Notes under the pieces: model-generated
Told to the model about the DNA's origin: nothing
What the model saw: the letters and a program-made list of their open reading frames with translations, nothing else
Database searches by the model: none
Translations under genes and position numbers: made by a program
DNA from: an uncultured Gemmatimonadales bacterium
GTDB lineage: Bacteria; Gemmatimonadota; Gemmatimonadetes; Gemmatimonadales; GWC2-71-9
Length of the DNA: 64,000 nucleotides
Direction of reading: 5' to 3'
Assembly: GCA_963795085.1 (NCBI GenBank)
Contig: CAWCFX010000001.1
Location: 448,001 to 512,000, forward strand
In this document: positions 56,510 to 64,000 of the stretch, piece by piece
Layout: the number at the start of each line of letters is the position of its first letter
Position numbering within the stretch: position 1 is the stretch's first letter

Positions 56510-57871
56510 ATGAACCGGGTTTGCAGCCTCGCCGTTGTCAGCGCCTCTCTCATGTGGGGATGTGCCAGGGATATGAGCGCCCCGGCCGCCGACCCGTCTT
56601 TCGAGAGGCCAAAGTTTTCCGTGACCATCCTCGGGTGCGACGACGCCGGAGTTGGAGACAATTCAATCCACTTGGCTGGCGGCTTGAAGAAACCCTGGTC
56701 GTGCGGAACGGTCATCCAGGTATCTGGGCCAGCCAGTCGGGCGGGGGACATTCAGGCTGCCACTGCGGCATGGAGCGGCGCGCTGAAGCACATCTCGGTT
56801 ACCGGGATGCCTCGGCCTGACTGGACGCCCGGCACGGGCCAGGTTCAGGTAGTTGTCATAGCCGGTCCCAATCCCAATAACCTCTGGTGTGGCGCGGTCA
56901 ACGATCCGCCGGCGAACATATTCATGTACCCTCAGGGTCATTCCAGTTGTACGAACAACCCCGGCGACTTCTTGACTATTCTGACCCACGAAATGTCCCA
57001 CGTCATGGGGTATAATTCAACGCTGGAAGGGCCGAACGTGGTTCCGGGAAACTGCGCGCTCTACCTGCCCGCTTCGGGGTCGATCTGCCAGCACGAGATC
57101 GAGTACTTGTACGCGGCCTATTTTCCCTCCTCGCCGGTCCATCCTGTAGGCACCGACTTTTGGTCACGGCGCTTTGTCACGGGGTTGCAGGTGACACCAA
57201 CCAGCGTGACGGTTCAGGCAACGCAGACGGCGGCGGTGACTGCAAACGCCCTCTTGTTTGGCCGGCAGATTGCTCCCTCTTCCGCGCCACTGGGCGGCGC
57301 GGCGATTCAGTGGAGTAACGACTTCCCGGCGATCTCTTCGGTGAACTCCGGCGTCATCACTGGCCTCAGTACTGGCAATGATACAGTCCGGGCTAAGGTC
57401 ACCAGTGGTCTTGGAACGTACAAACTGGGAACTGTTATGAGTTCGGCGGGTCAGCCAATTCCGGTAACCGTTACTGCAGGCCCTCCGCCCGGCACCGGCT
57501 TTCGGGTCACTGCAATAACCGGGGCGCCACATCCCATTACCTCGACCCCGAACATCTACTCCCTCACAGCCAGTGTGACCCAGCAGCCGGCGGGCACTCT
57601 TCAGATCAAGTGGAAGATTGTTTACAGTAACTTTCCCTCCGACACAATCCGAGTGGACTATGGCCCCAATAGCTACGCGCTCAATACGTCTTCAGGTTCC
57701 TACTCGGTCAGAGTCTATGCGACTCCGAGAAGCGGGAGCGGGACCTCGTGGGTCTATGGGGCTGAAGGTATTCAGGATTTTCCGGTCTGCACCGGTGGTG
57801 GCGGAGGCGGAGGCGGAGATTTAGTCGAGATGCCAGTCGGTGAAGACAACGATGCGGTGGCAGGGTGCTAG
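56510..57871 (+). CDS. Hypothetical lipoprotein: zincin-like HExxH domain + Ig-like domains + poly-Gly tail
   Basis: MWGC lipobox; A..AW, ILTHEMSHVMGY; VT.LQVTP.SVTV...W.....I.SV..GVITG Big_2-like; more A/T at third positions than flanking genes. Confidence 0.72.
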   Translation: MNRVCSLAVVSASLMWGCARDMSAPAADPSFERPKFSVTILGCDDAGVGDNSIHLAGGLKKPWSCGTVIQVSGPASRAGDIQAATAAWSGALKHISVTGMPRPDWTPGTGQVQVVVIAGPNPNNLWCGAVNDPPANIFMYPQGHSSCTNNPGDFLTILTHEMSHVMGYNSTLEGPNVVPGNCALYLPASGSICQHEIEYLYAAYFPSSPVHPVGTDFWSRRFVTGLQVTPTSVTVQATQTAAVTANALLFGRQIAPSSAPLGGAAIQWSNDFPAISSVNSGVITGLSTGNDTVRAKVTSGLGTYKLGTVMSSAGQPIPVTVTAGPPPGTGFRVTAITGAPHPITSTPNIYSLTASVTQQPAGTLQIKWKIVYSNFPSDTIRVDYGPNSYALNTSSGSYSVRVYATPRSGSGTSWVYGAEGIQDFPVCTGGGGGGGGDLVEMPVGEDNDAVAGC

Positions 57872-57872
57872 T

Positions 57873-58739
57873 ATGAGATCTCTCTGTTTAGTGCTTCTTG
57901 CAACAGTTGCCGGCTGTGATGGCGACGGGCCGAATGGCCCGCCGGCCCTACGCAATAAGATTGCTTTTCTGTCAGATCGCGATGGTTTCTCCCAACTCTA
58001 CACCATGAATACCGATGGCACCGGTGTCCGTCTGATCCCGGTCACTGCGATTATTGGACCTGTGAGCGACCCGGCGGTTTCTCCCGATGGCGAAAAGATC
58101 GCTTTTCGCGTTTACGGAGACATCTGGGTTATGAATGCCGATGGTTCGGGGCAGGAGAACTTGACCAACAACCCAGCTAATGACGCATTCCCATCCTGGT
58201 CACCGGACGGCGATAAGATTCTATTCGGCTCCGATCGGGATGGAAACAGTGAGATTTACGTCATGAACGCCGATGGAACCAATCCCGTGAATCTAACCAA
58301 TGATCCGGGGTACGATAACAGCGGTTCATTTTCGCCTGACGGCACTCGCATAGTTTTTGGTTCGCACCGGGACGGCAATGGAGAGATTTACGTCATGAAT
58401 GCCGACGGGACGAATCCTTCCAACCTTACCAACGATCCGTCAGTGGATGGACTACCAGCATGGTCGAGTGACGGCACCAAGCTGGCCTTTCTTAGTACGC
58501 GAAACGGCGGGAATCTCCTTTTCACGATGCTGGCAAACGGCACGAATGTTTTCCCCCTGAATACTCTGGGAATGAACGCGACGTTTCCTGACTGGTCGCC
58601 AGGCGATTCCCTAATCGCCTTCGAGGGCGGGGGCACCAATTCAGAGATTCAACTGATTCGCCCAGATGGCACCGGACTGAGAAACTTGACCCAGAATAGT
58701 GCTCAGGACCGCATGCCATCGTGGAGCCCTTCACGGTAA
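57873..58739 (+). CDS. TolB-like PD40 beta-propeller lipoprotein
   Basis: VAGC lipobox; repeated P.WSPDG.KI.F.S.RDGN.EIYVMNADG...NLT units. Confidence 0.9.
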   Translation: MRSLCLVLLATVAGCDGDGPNGPPALRNKIAFLSDRDGFSQLYTMNTDGTGVRLIPVTAIIGPVSDPAVSPDGEKIAFRVYGDIWVMNADGSGQENLTNNPANDAFPSWSPDGDKILFGSDRDGNSEIYVMNADGTNPVNLTNDPGYDNSGSFSPDGTRIVFGSHRDGNGEIYVMNADGTNPSNLTNDPSVDGLPAWSSDGTKLAFLSTRNGGNLLFTMLANGTNVFPLNTLGMNATFPDWSPGDSLIAFEGGGTNSEIQLIRPDGTGLRNLTQNSAQDRMPSWSPSR

Positions 58740-58830
58740 GAAACGTCAGGATCACGGCTTTGTCTTTGCTGGCCACTCAGCACCCCTCGATCTTCGGAAG
58801 AAAAAGCTGCGGCACTTTCACCTTCCGGAC

Positions 58831-59060
58831 GGTGAGGACAACGATGCCGTCTAGGGGTGTTAGATGAAATCCGGGCCGCTCAATACGCCCGGGATGAATG
58901 CGGGGTTTCCTCAATGGTCTCCGGGCGGCATGGTGATAGCCTTCGAGGGGCTCGGCACGAACTCGGAAGTTCAATTGATTCGCCCAGATGGCACCGGGCT
59001 TAGAAACCTTGCCAAGAACAGTGCTCAAGACCGCATGCCATCGTGGAGTCTTCACGATAG
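58831..59060 (+). pseudogene. Relic second copy of the 56510/57873 two-gene cassette
   Basis: GEDNDAV*GC* ATG AAA TCC mirrors the 57839-57881 junction. It is followed by 58 codons 48/58 identical to the propeller C-terminus, then a 1-nt deletion before the old stop. Confidence 0.85.
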
Positions 59061-59188
59061 TACGCTGTTTGATATGGCGTGTGCCAGCCTGATAGCGTAG
59101 TCCAGGGGGCGTCACGGGGCGTTCGCATGACCTGCCGGGAGCCGCGAACGGCTCGTCAGGCCTTCCCGATCGCTGTATGTTCCTCCCC

Positions 59189-60217
59189 ATGCGCATCGCC
59201 ATCATCTTCGACACCCCCTGGACCGGCTGGTCTATCGCCCAGCACTGGGCCCAGATGGAGAAAGAGGTCGCGGCGTGGGACACCCACGAGCCGGAGATGG
59301 AATACCAGATCGCCGATGCGCTCCGGCAGCGGGGTCACGAGGTATCGCTGGTGGGGGTGCACGACGATATCCAGGCGCTGGCCGCCGGCCTGGCGGAGGT
59401 AAAGCCGGACCTGGTGTTCAACTGCGCCGAATCGTTCCACGGCAACGCGGAGCTGGACTACCTCTACGCCTCGGTGGTCGAGGCCGAGGGGTATAACTAC
59501 ACCGGCTCGCCGCCGCTGGCGCTCCTGGTCACCCGCAACAAGGCGATGAGCAAGAAGGTGCTCGCCTACCACGACATCCAGGTGCCCGGCTTCGCCACCT
59601 GGCGGCCGGGCGAGCGGGTGGGCAAGGCCACCGACCTCCGCTTCCCCCTCATCGTCAAGCCGCTCCAGACCGACGCCTCGGCGGGGATCGCGCAGGCCTC
59701 GGTGGTCTCGGACCGGGCGGCGCTGGTCGAGCGGGTGGCCTTCGTGCACCAGCGGTTCGAGCAGCCGGCCATCGCGGAGGAGTTCATTGACGGGCGGGAG
59801 CTGTACGTCAGCCTGGTGGGCAACGGCGACACGCTGGATATCCTCCCGATCACCGAAATGGTCTTCGACCGGAAGAAGACCCGGCCGGAGGAGCGGATCG
59901 CCACCCAGAACGCCAAGTGGGACGAGGCCTACCGGGGCCGGAAGGGGATCAAGAACGTCTTTGCCCGCCCGATCTCCCGGGCTGGCCGCAAGCGGATCGA
60001 GGAGATCTGCCGCACCTCCTACCGGGCGCTCTGGCTCCGGGACTATGCCCGGCTCGATGTCCGGCTCACCGACAGCGGGGAGGTCTGGGTGATCGAGGCC
60101 AACGCCAACCCCTTTGTGAGCTGGGGTCACGACGTGGCCAACGCGGCGGAGAAGGCGGGCATGGAGTATTCCGATTTCATTGACCGGATCGTCCGCGAAG
60201 CGGCGGCCCGTGGCTAG
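59189..60217 (+). CDS. D-Ala-D-Ala ligase-like ATP-grasp amino acid ligase (non-canonical)
   Basis: PDLVFN, YTGS, NKAMSK, FPLIVKP, S.GI, EEFIDGRE, YARLDVR, IEANANP; lacks the Ddl GG.S.EH and Y....KY motifs. Confidence 0.87.
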   Translation: MRIAIIFDTPWTGWSIAQHWAQMEKEVAAWDTHEPEMEYQIADALRQRGHEVSLVGVHDDIQALAAGLAEVKPDLVFNCAESFHGNAELDYLYASVVEAEGYNYTGSPPLALLVTRNKAMSKKVLAYHDIQVPGFATWRPGERVGKATDLRFPLIVKPLQTDASAGIAQASVVSDRAALVERVAFVHQRFEQPAIAEEFIDGRELYVSLVGNGDTLDILPITEMVFDRKKTRPEERIATQNAKWDEAYRGRKGIKNVFARPISRAGRKRIEEICRTSYRALWLRDYARLDVRLTDSGEVWVIEANANPFVSWGHDVANAAEKAGMEYSDFIDRIVREAAARG

Positions 60218-61226
60218 CGCCCGCCGGCCGGTCCGGCGTCACCGGGAGCCGCTGCCCCGGCCGGAATTGCGCTGCCGCTGCGGCCAGCCGCTGCAGCGGT
60301 TCTGGGCGTTCTGTCCCCAGTGCAGCCGGGAACTGGTCTGGGGCGACGCCGGGCAGGTGACCGGCGCCGAGTGTTACAACTGCGGCTGGGTGGTGAGCGA
60401 CAGCCACTCGTTCTGCCCCTGGTGCGGCGTGGATATCTACGAGGAAGGCGCCTCGAGCGAGGAGCCGCTCAAGGCGCCCAAGGGGTTCCGGATGGACGCC
60501 CGCTGCGACTGGGGCTGCGGCGGCGGGGTACAGTACCCCATGCCCTCCTGCCCCTGGTGCAACCGGGACCAGCACTGGAACGAAGATGCCAAGTTCGAAG
60601 GCAACTGCCCCCACTGCTCCCGCGGGGTGGACGACTGGATGAACACCTGCCCCTGGTGCGGGCTCGATGCCACGGGACGGGCCCTGATTCCCCGGGCCCT
60701 GACCCGGGTGCGGCGGCTGCTCCTGGTCTCCCGCATTTCGGACTGGGGCTACCGGATCCTGCTCCGGCCCGGCATCTCCGGGGTGGATCCCAAGTACCCC
60801 AAGATCGTGGAGATCGAGCAGCGGTACGTGGTGGGGCAGCCGACCCGGGAAGAGATCCCCTGGACCATGCTGGTGGGGCTCATTACCCACGAACTGGGCC
60901 ACAGCTTCCTCTATCATCACTGGGCCTGGACCCGCACCGAGCGGTTCCGCCGCGCCTTTGGCGAGGTGGACAAGGCCTATCGCGGGATGGACGATACCTG
61001 GGTGTACTTCCAGCGGAAGCAGATCGCCATCGCGCCCACCAACCATGTCACGGTCTATGCCTCCCGGCATCCGCAGGAGGATTTTGCGGAGACTTTCCGC
61101 TTCTACGTGACCCGGCGCGGCAAGCTGCGGGAGCTGTTCTCGGAGTTCGGGCAGAAGCGAAAGGGCGTGCAGGTTTACGAGAAGTTCCTGGCCTTGAGGG
61201 ATTATCTGCGGCAGTTGCGGGGGTAG
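60210..61226 (+). CDS. Multi-zinc-ribbon protein fused to a putative zinc-binding metallopeptidase domain
   Basis: Eight Cys pairs in the N-terminal half; HELGH and YASRHPQEDFAETF; 8-nt overlap with the ATP-grasp gene. Confidence 0.85.
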   Translation: MASARRPVRRHREPLPRPELRCRCGQPLQRFWAFCPQCSRELVWGDAGQVTGAECYNCGWVVSDSHSFCPWCGVDIYEEGASSEEPLKAPKGFRMDARCDWGCGGGVQYPMPSCPWCNRDQHWNEDAKFEGNCPHCSRGVDDWMNTCPWCGLDATGRALIPRALTRVRRLLLVSRISDWGYRILLRPGISGVDPKYPKIVEIEQRYVVGQPTREEIPWTMLVGLITHELGHSFLYHHWAWTRTERFRRAFGEVDKAYRGMDDTWVYFQRKQIAIAPTNHVTVYASRHPQEDFAETFRFYVTRRGKLRELFSEFGQKRKGVQVYEKFLALRDYLRQLRG

Positions 61227-61229
61227 AAA

Positions 61230-61263
61230 AAGGGGGTCAGCGGGCAAGGGGGCCAGGGGGCAA
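61230..61263 (+). repeat. Short G-run octamer-period repeat (4 units)
   Basis: AAGGGGGTCAGCGGGCAAGGGGGCCAGGGGGCAA immediately after the stop codon; same family as the 28330 and 55930 arms. Confidence 0.75.
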
Positions 61264-61349
61264 CGGACTATTCTCAAGCTTCTTCTTTTTCGTGCCTTCG
61301 TGATCAGGCAGAGCTGAGACCGGTATTGCTCGGGATTTCCTGGCAGCCC

Positions 61350-62537
61350 TCACTGCCCGGGATTCGGCGCATCCAGCAGCTTCACGTTGGTGCGGGGGTA
61401 GCTGCCGATGATCCTGCCGGTGTGCTCCGGTTTCGCCGTTTCCACCGCCATGGCCTCGATCAGCCGGCTGGACCACATGCGGCGTTCCCGCGCGGCCACC
61501 AGGTAGCGGACGGTGCAGTTGGTCCAGGCATCGGTGAGCGAGAGATAGACCTGCGGCTCAACCGCCACGTCCCAGGCCAGCCCGGTATTGAGCAGCATGT
61601 CCTTGTACTGCCGGGCCGGTACTTCCATGGCCTTGCCCAGCACCTCGGCCGCCACCCGCCGCACCACCGTGATCGTATAGGGCAGGTCCGACTCGTTGGC
61701 GACCCCGAAGGTGACTTCATCCCAGACGTACGGAAAGTCGCCGGTGTAATTGATGATGTTGGAGCGGAGGACCTCGGAGTTGGGAAAGGTGATCAGGGCG
61801 CCGGTGGGCTGGGCCGCCTGGACCGCCTTGCCGGGGCCGCCCGCTTCCCACACCGTCGTGGTCAGCAGGTCAATCCGGTACACATCGCCGAAGACATCGC
61901 CCACCGCGATCCGGTCGCCCACCCGGTAGTGCCCCTTGAACGAGTTGATGACCCAGCCGGTGAAGCTCTCGATGGGAGACTGCAGAGCCCATGAAAGGGC
62001 GAGACCGATCAGCCCCAAAGACCCGATGAGGGTCCGCACGTCGCCCGCGATGACGCTCAGCGCCACCCCAAACGCGAGCAGCCAGATCCCGATGCCCGCC
62101 ATGACGGCAAAGGCGTCGGCCCGGGCGAAGCTGTGAAAAGCCCGCCGGAGCAGGGGCCGAAGCAGCCGGTTGAATCCGCCGGCCAGCAACAGGATGACGA
62201 CCGCGATAGCGATCTTGGGCAGCAGGGACTGGAACCCGCGGGCAAGACCGCGAATGGTCCCGGTGGCTTCCCGAACGGCCTGCCGGGTGTCGGGGGACGC
62301 GGTGTCGGCGGCCGCCGTGATGGCCGAGGAATCGGCGACGGCCGGGGCGGAATCCTGGCTGGCCGGCGCCTGGACCGGGGCCCAGATCAGCACCAGGAGG
62401 GCGACGAACGCGATGGCCATCCGGCTGCCCCGCCGGAACTTAGCCAGTTGCCGCGTGGCCTCGCTCCGGGCCCGGGTCACGCCCGGACTGGGCTGGGTCG
62501 GGACGGGGCGCAGGCTGCGTGAGGGTTGAGGGGGCAT
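61350..62537 (-). CDS. MscS family mechanosensitive ion channel (start uncertain)
   Basis: SLGLIGLALSWALQ, YRVGDRI, GDV..I.LL.T, TG..ITFPNS.VL...I.NY, YVWDE. Confidence 0.9.
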   Translation of the reverse strand: MPPQPSRSLRPVPTQPSPGVTRARSEATRQLAKFRRGSRMAIAFVALLVLIWAPVQAPASQDSAPAVADSSAITAAADTASPDTRQAVREATGTIRGLARGFQSLLPKIAIAVVILLLAGGFNRLLRPLLRRAFHSFARADAFAVMAGIGIWLLAFGVALSVIAGDVRTLIGSLGLIGLALSWALQSPIESFTGWVINSFKGHYRVGDRIAVGDVFGDVYRIDLLTTTVWEAGGPGKAVQAAQPTGALITFPNSEVLRSNIINYTGDFPYVWDEVTFGVANESDLPYTITVVRRVAAEVLGKAMEVPARQYKDMLLNTGLAWDVAVEPQVYLSLTDAWTNCTVRYLVAARERRMWSSRLIEAMAVETAKPEHTGRIIGSYPRTNVKLLDAPNPGQ

Positions 62538-62570
62538 GCTGGAACTTAGGCGGACCCCCCGCCGAAGCAA

Positions 62571-63998
62571 TCAGCTTCCTTCTTTGTCCTCCGGCGTTTC
62601 CGGCTTGCGGGAAAGCTTGAAGGGAAGGCCGTCGCCGCCCACCACGGAGTCCCTGGCTTCATCAATGTGCAGCACGACCTCGTCGGTTTCCTCCGCCGAC
62701 ACGAACCGTTCGAAGCGCACCGCACCCGCCGGTCCTCCGGTCCGGACCAGGATCCGGGCCCCCGCGCGGCTCACCCGGTCGAACTCGACGACATCGCTCG
62801 TCCCCGCGATGCCGAAGACCCACAACTCTTGCATCACATACGCGTAATAGTCGCCCGCGTACTCGGCCAGGGCGTCCCGCCGGGCGGTGAGTGCCCGCAC
62901 CAGCGGGTCCTGTTCCGACGTGAGATAGGATTCCGGCAGCGACCGGACGGCGGCCGCGATCACCGAGTCGCTCAATGCGGCCTGCAGCTCCCGCGCGGTG
63001 GCCACGAAATCCTCCCGGGTCAACCGGTTCAAGACATGGTGATCGATGGTCGTCGCCTGCTCCGCCAGCCGGCGAATCGGGGGGAACTCGTCGGAGAAAC
63101 CGACGTACCGCGGCAGGAACATGCTGGACAGCTTGGCCAGTACCCCGTCCATCCGCGCGAAAGCCCAGTCCCGGTCCTCGGGGATCGCCCGCCAGCGGTT
63201 GCCGACCCGGGCCCACCGCCACTGCCCGGAATGCCGGTCCCAGTCGCCCACCACGAGGTCCAGCAGGCGAATCCGAAGGAAGTAGCGGTCATCGAATCCG
63301 GATTCCGGGTTCTGGAGCAGGTCCTTGTACATGTCCTCGCTGCTGCTGATCTCGGCGTGCCCCCCGAACCCCGGCCGCTTGCCGCTGCGCTCCTCGGCGT
63401 GCATCGAGAACAGCCCCACCCGCCCGGCAAAGAGCGGCCGGAACTCCCCCAGCCGGGCATCGTTGGGCATCACCACGGGCACCGGGCGGGGCGCGTCGAT
63501 GCCGGCGGCCTGCTGCAGCCGGGCGACGACGACCGCCCCAAACGGAAACTGGGCCGCCATCTGGTCATCGAGCAGGTCGGCGATGGCGCCTTCCCGCATC
63601 CAGCGCGGAAGCACCCCGGCGGGGTTCTTGACGATGGGCCGGAATTCATACTCGAGGCCGTCGCGGCCCAGCAGGCGAAGCCCGACGGTCTGCTGCCCGC
63701 CGGTGATCTTCTGGGGGTGGAGTCCGCCACCGGCACGGCCCAGGTCCAGCACCGGCAACCGCACGGGAATTCCCCAGAGATGGCGGTTCAGGTCCCCCGC
63801 GAAGAAGCGGCGGATGCGGCCCGCCGGATAGGCCCGGCCGGCGGTTACGGTAAAAGAATCGACGTTATCGAGCGCGAAGGTGTTGGTCACCGCCACCGTC
63901 GGCGCATCGCCCCCGATGGCGGGCGACGTCCGGGCCGCGGATACCCTCTCGCCCTCTTCATCGACCCACCAGGGTGTGCCGGGATTCACCGTGTCGGG
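62571..63998 (-). CDS. Hypothetical protein with atypical kinase-like motifs, 5'-truncated by window edge
   Basis: G...R.LW..PV.LPVLDL...GGL.P....GG.QT..LRL, RL.D..VGDWDRH..QWRW, IPEDRD.AF; frame open to the window end. Confidence 0.75.
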   Translation of the reverse strand, partial: PDTVNPGTPWWVDEEGERVSAARTSPAIGGDAPTVAVTNTFALDNVDSFTVTAGRAYPAGRIRRFFAGDLNRHLWGIPVRLPVLDLGRAGGGLHPQKITGGQQTVGLRLLGRDGLEYEFRPIVKNPAGVLPRWMREGAIADLLDDQMAAQFPFGAVVVARLQQAAGIDAPRPVPVVMPNDARLGEFRPLFAGRVGLFSMHAEERSGKRPGFGGHAEISSSEDMYKDLLQNPESGFDDRYFLRIRLLDLVVGDWDRHSGQWRWARVGNRWRAIPEDRDWAFARMDGVLAKLSSMFLPRYVGFSDEFPPIRRLAEQATTIDHHVLNRLTREDFVATARELQAALSDSVIAAAVRSLPESYLTSEQDPLVRALTARRDALAEYAGDYYAYVMQELWVFGIAGTSDVVEFDRVSRAGARILVRTGGPAGAVRFERFVSAEETDEVVLHIDEARDSVVGGDGLPFKLSRKPETPEDKEGS

Positions 63999-64000
63999 TA

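Noticed and set aside
58554..59060. Diversity-generating retroelement VR/TR pair
   Set aside because: Differences are not adenine-restricted and many are synonymous; no reverse transcriptase is present.
59131..59142. attR copy of the tRNA-Asn 3' end (CCTGCCGGGAGC versus CCTCCTCGGGAGC)
   Set aside because: Only 7 contiguous matching bases in high-GC DNA and no integrase; suggestive position but not supportable.
59189..60217. Vancomycin-resistance (VanA-type) or housekeeping ddl call
   Set aside because: Lacks Ddl/Van N-terminal and omega-loop motifs and has no van or mur neighbours.

Overview
High-GC bacterial chromosomal window, most consistent with Gemmatimonadota (inferred from the style of the Hanks kinases, PEP-CTERM tail and lipoproteins). 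Left to right: the 3' end of an aldehyde dehydrogenase; a minus-strand Pho cluster (ArsR, phoB, phoR, phosphate porin, pstC, pstA, pstB, pstB, phoU, ppx, Ser/Thr kinase); and a divergent nucleotide-salvage operon (tandem 5'-nucleotidase, ThiS-like protein, add, nupC, PNP), in which two genes carry +1 frameshifts. Then thiD, trmH-pilD-lipoprotein, a four-helix-bundle gene, ffh-rpsP-rimM-trmD-rplS-rnhB, tRNA-Lys, a PEP-CTERM gene, a membrane kinase plus lipoprotein, a RidA-like lipoprotein, an orphan pstS, ilvE, small hypotheticals, two lytic transglycosylases, moaC and holB. Next come a ~15 kb glycosylation/sulfated polysaccharide cluster, tRNA-Asn, a lower-GC islet with a decayed second copy of its own cassette, a Ddl-like ATP-grasp/zinc-ribbon metallopeptidase pair, mscS and a truncated kinase-like gene. 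The most notable unexplained structures are: a dispersed family of 8-nt-period GGG repeats (five sites, inverted arms, one 32-nt identical block 27 kb apart); GTnAC-N6 Pho-box-like arrays linking the split pst genes; recurrent TAnnnT-N5..8-ATG leaderless-type starts; and the ATP-grasp/peptidase pair. No CRISPR, rRNA, integrase or transposase was seen. All calls are by eye; no database searches were run.
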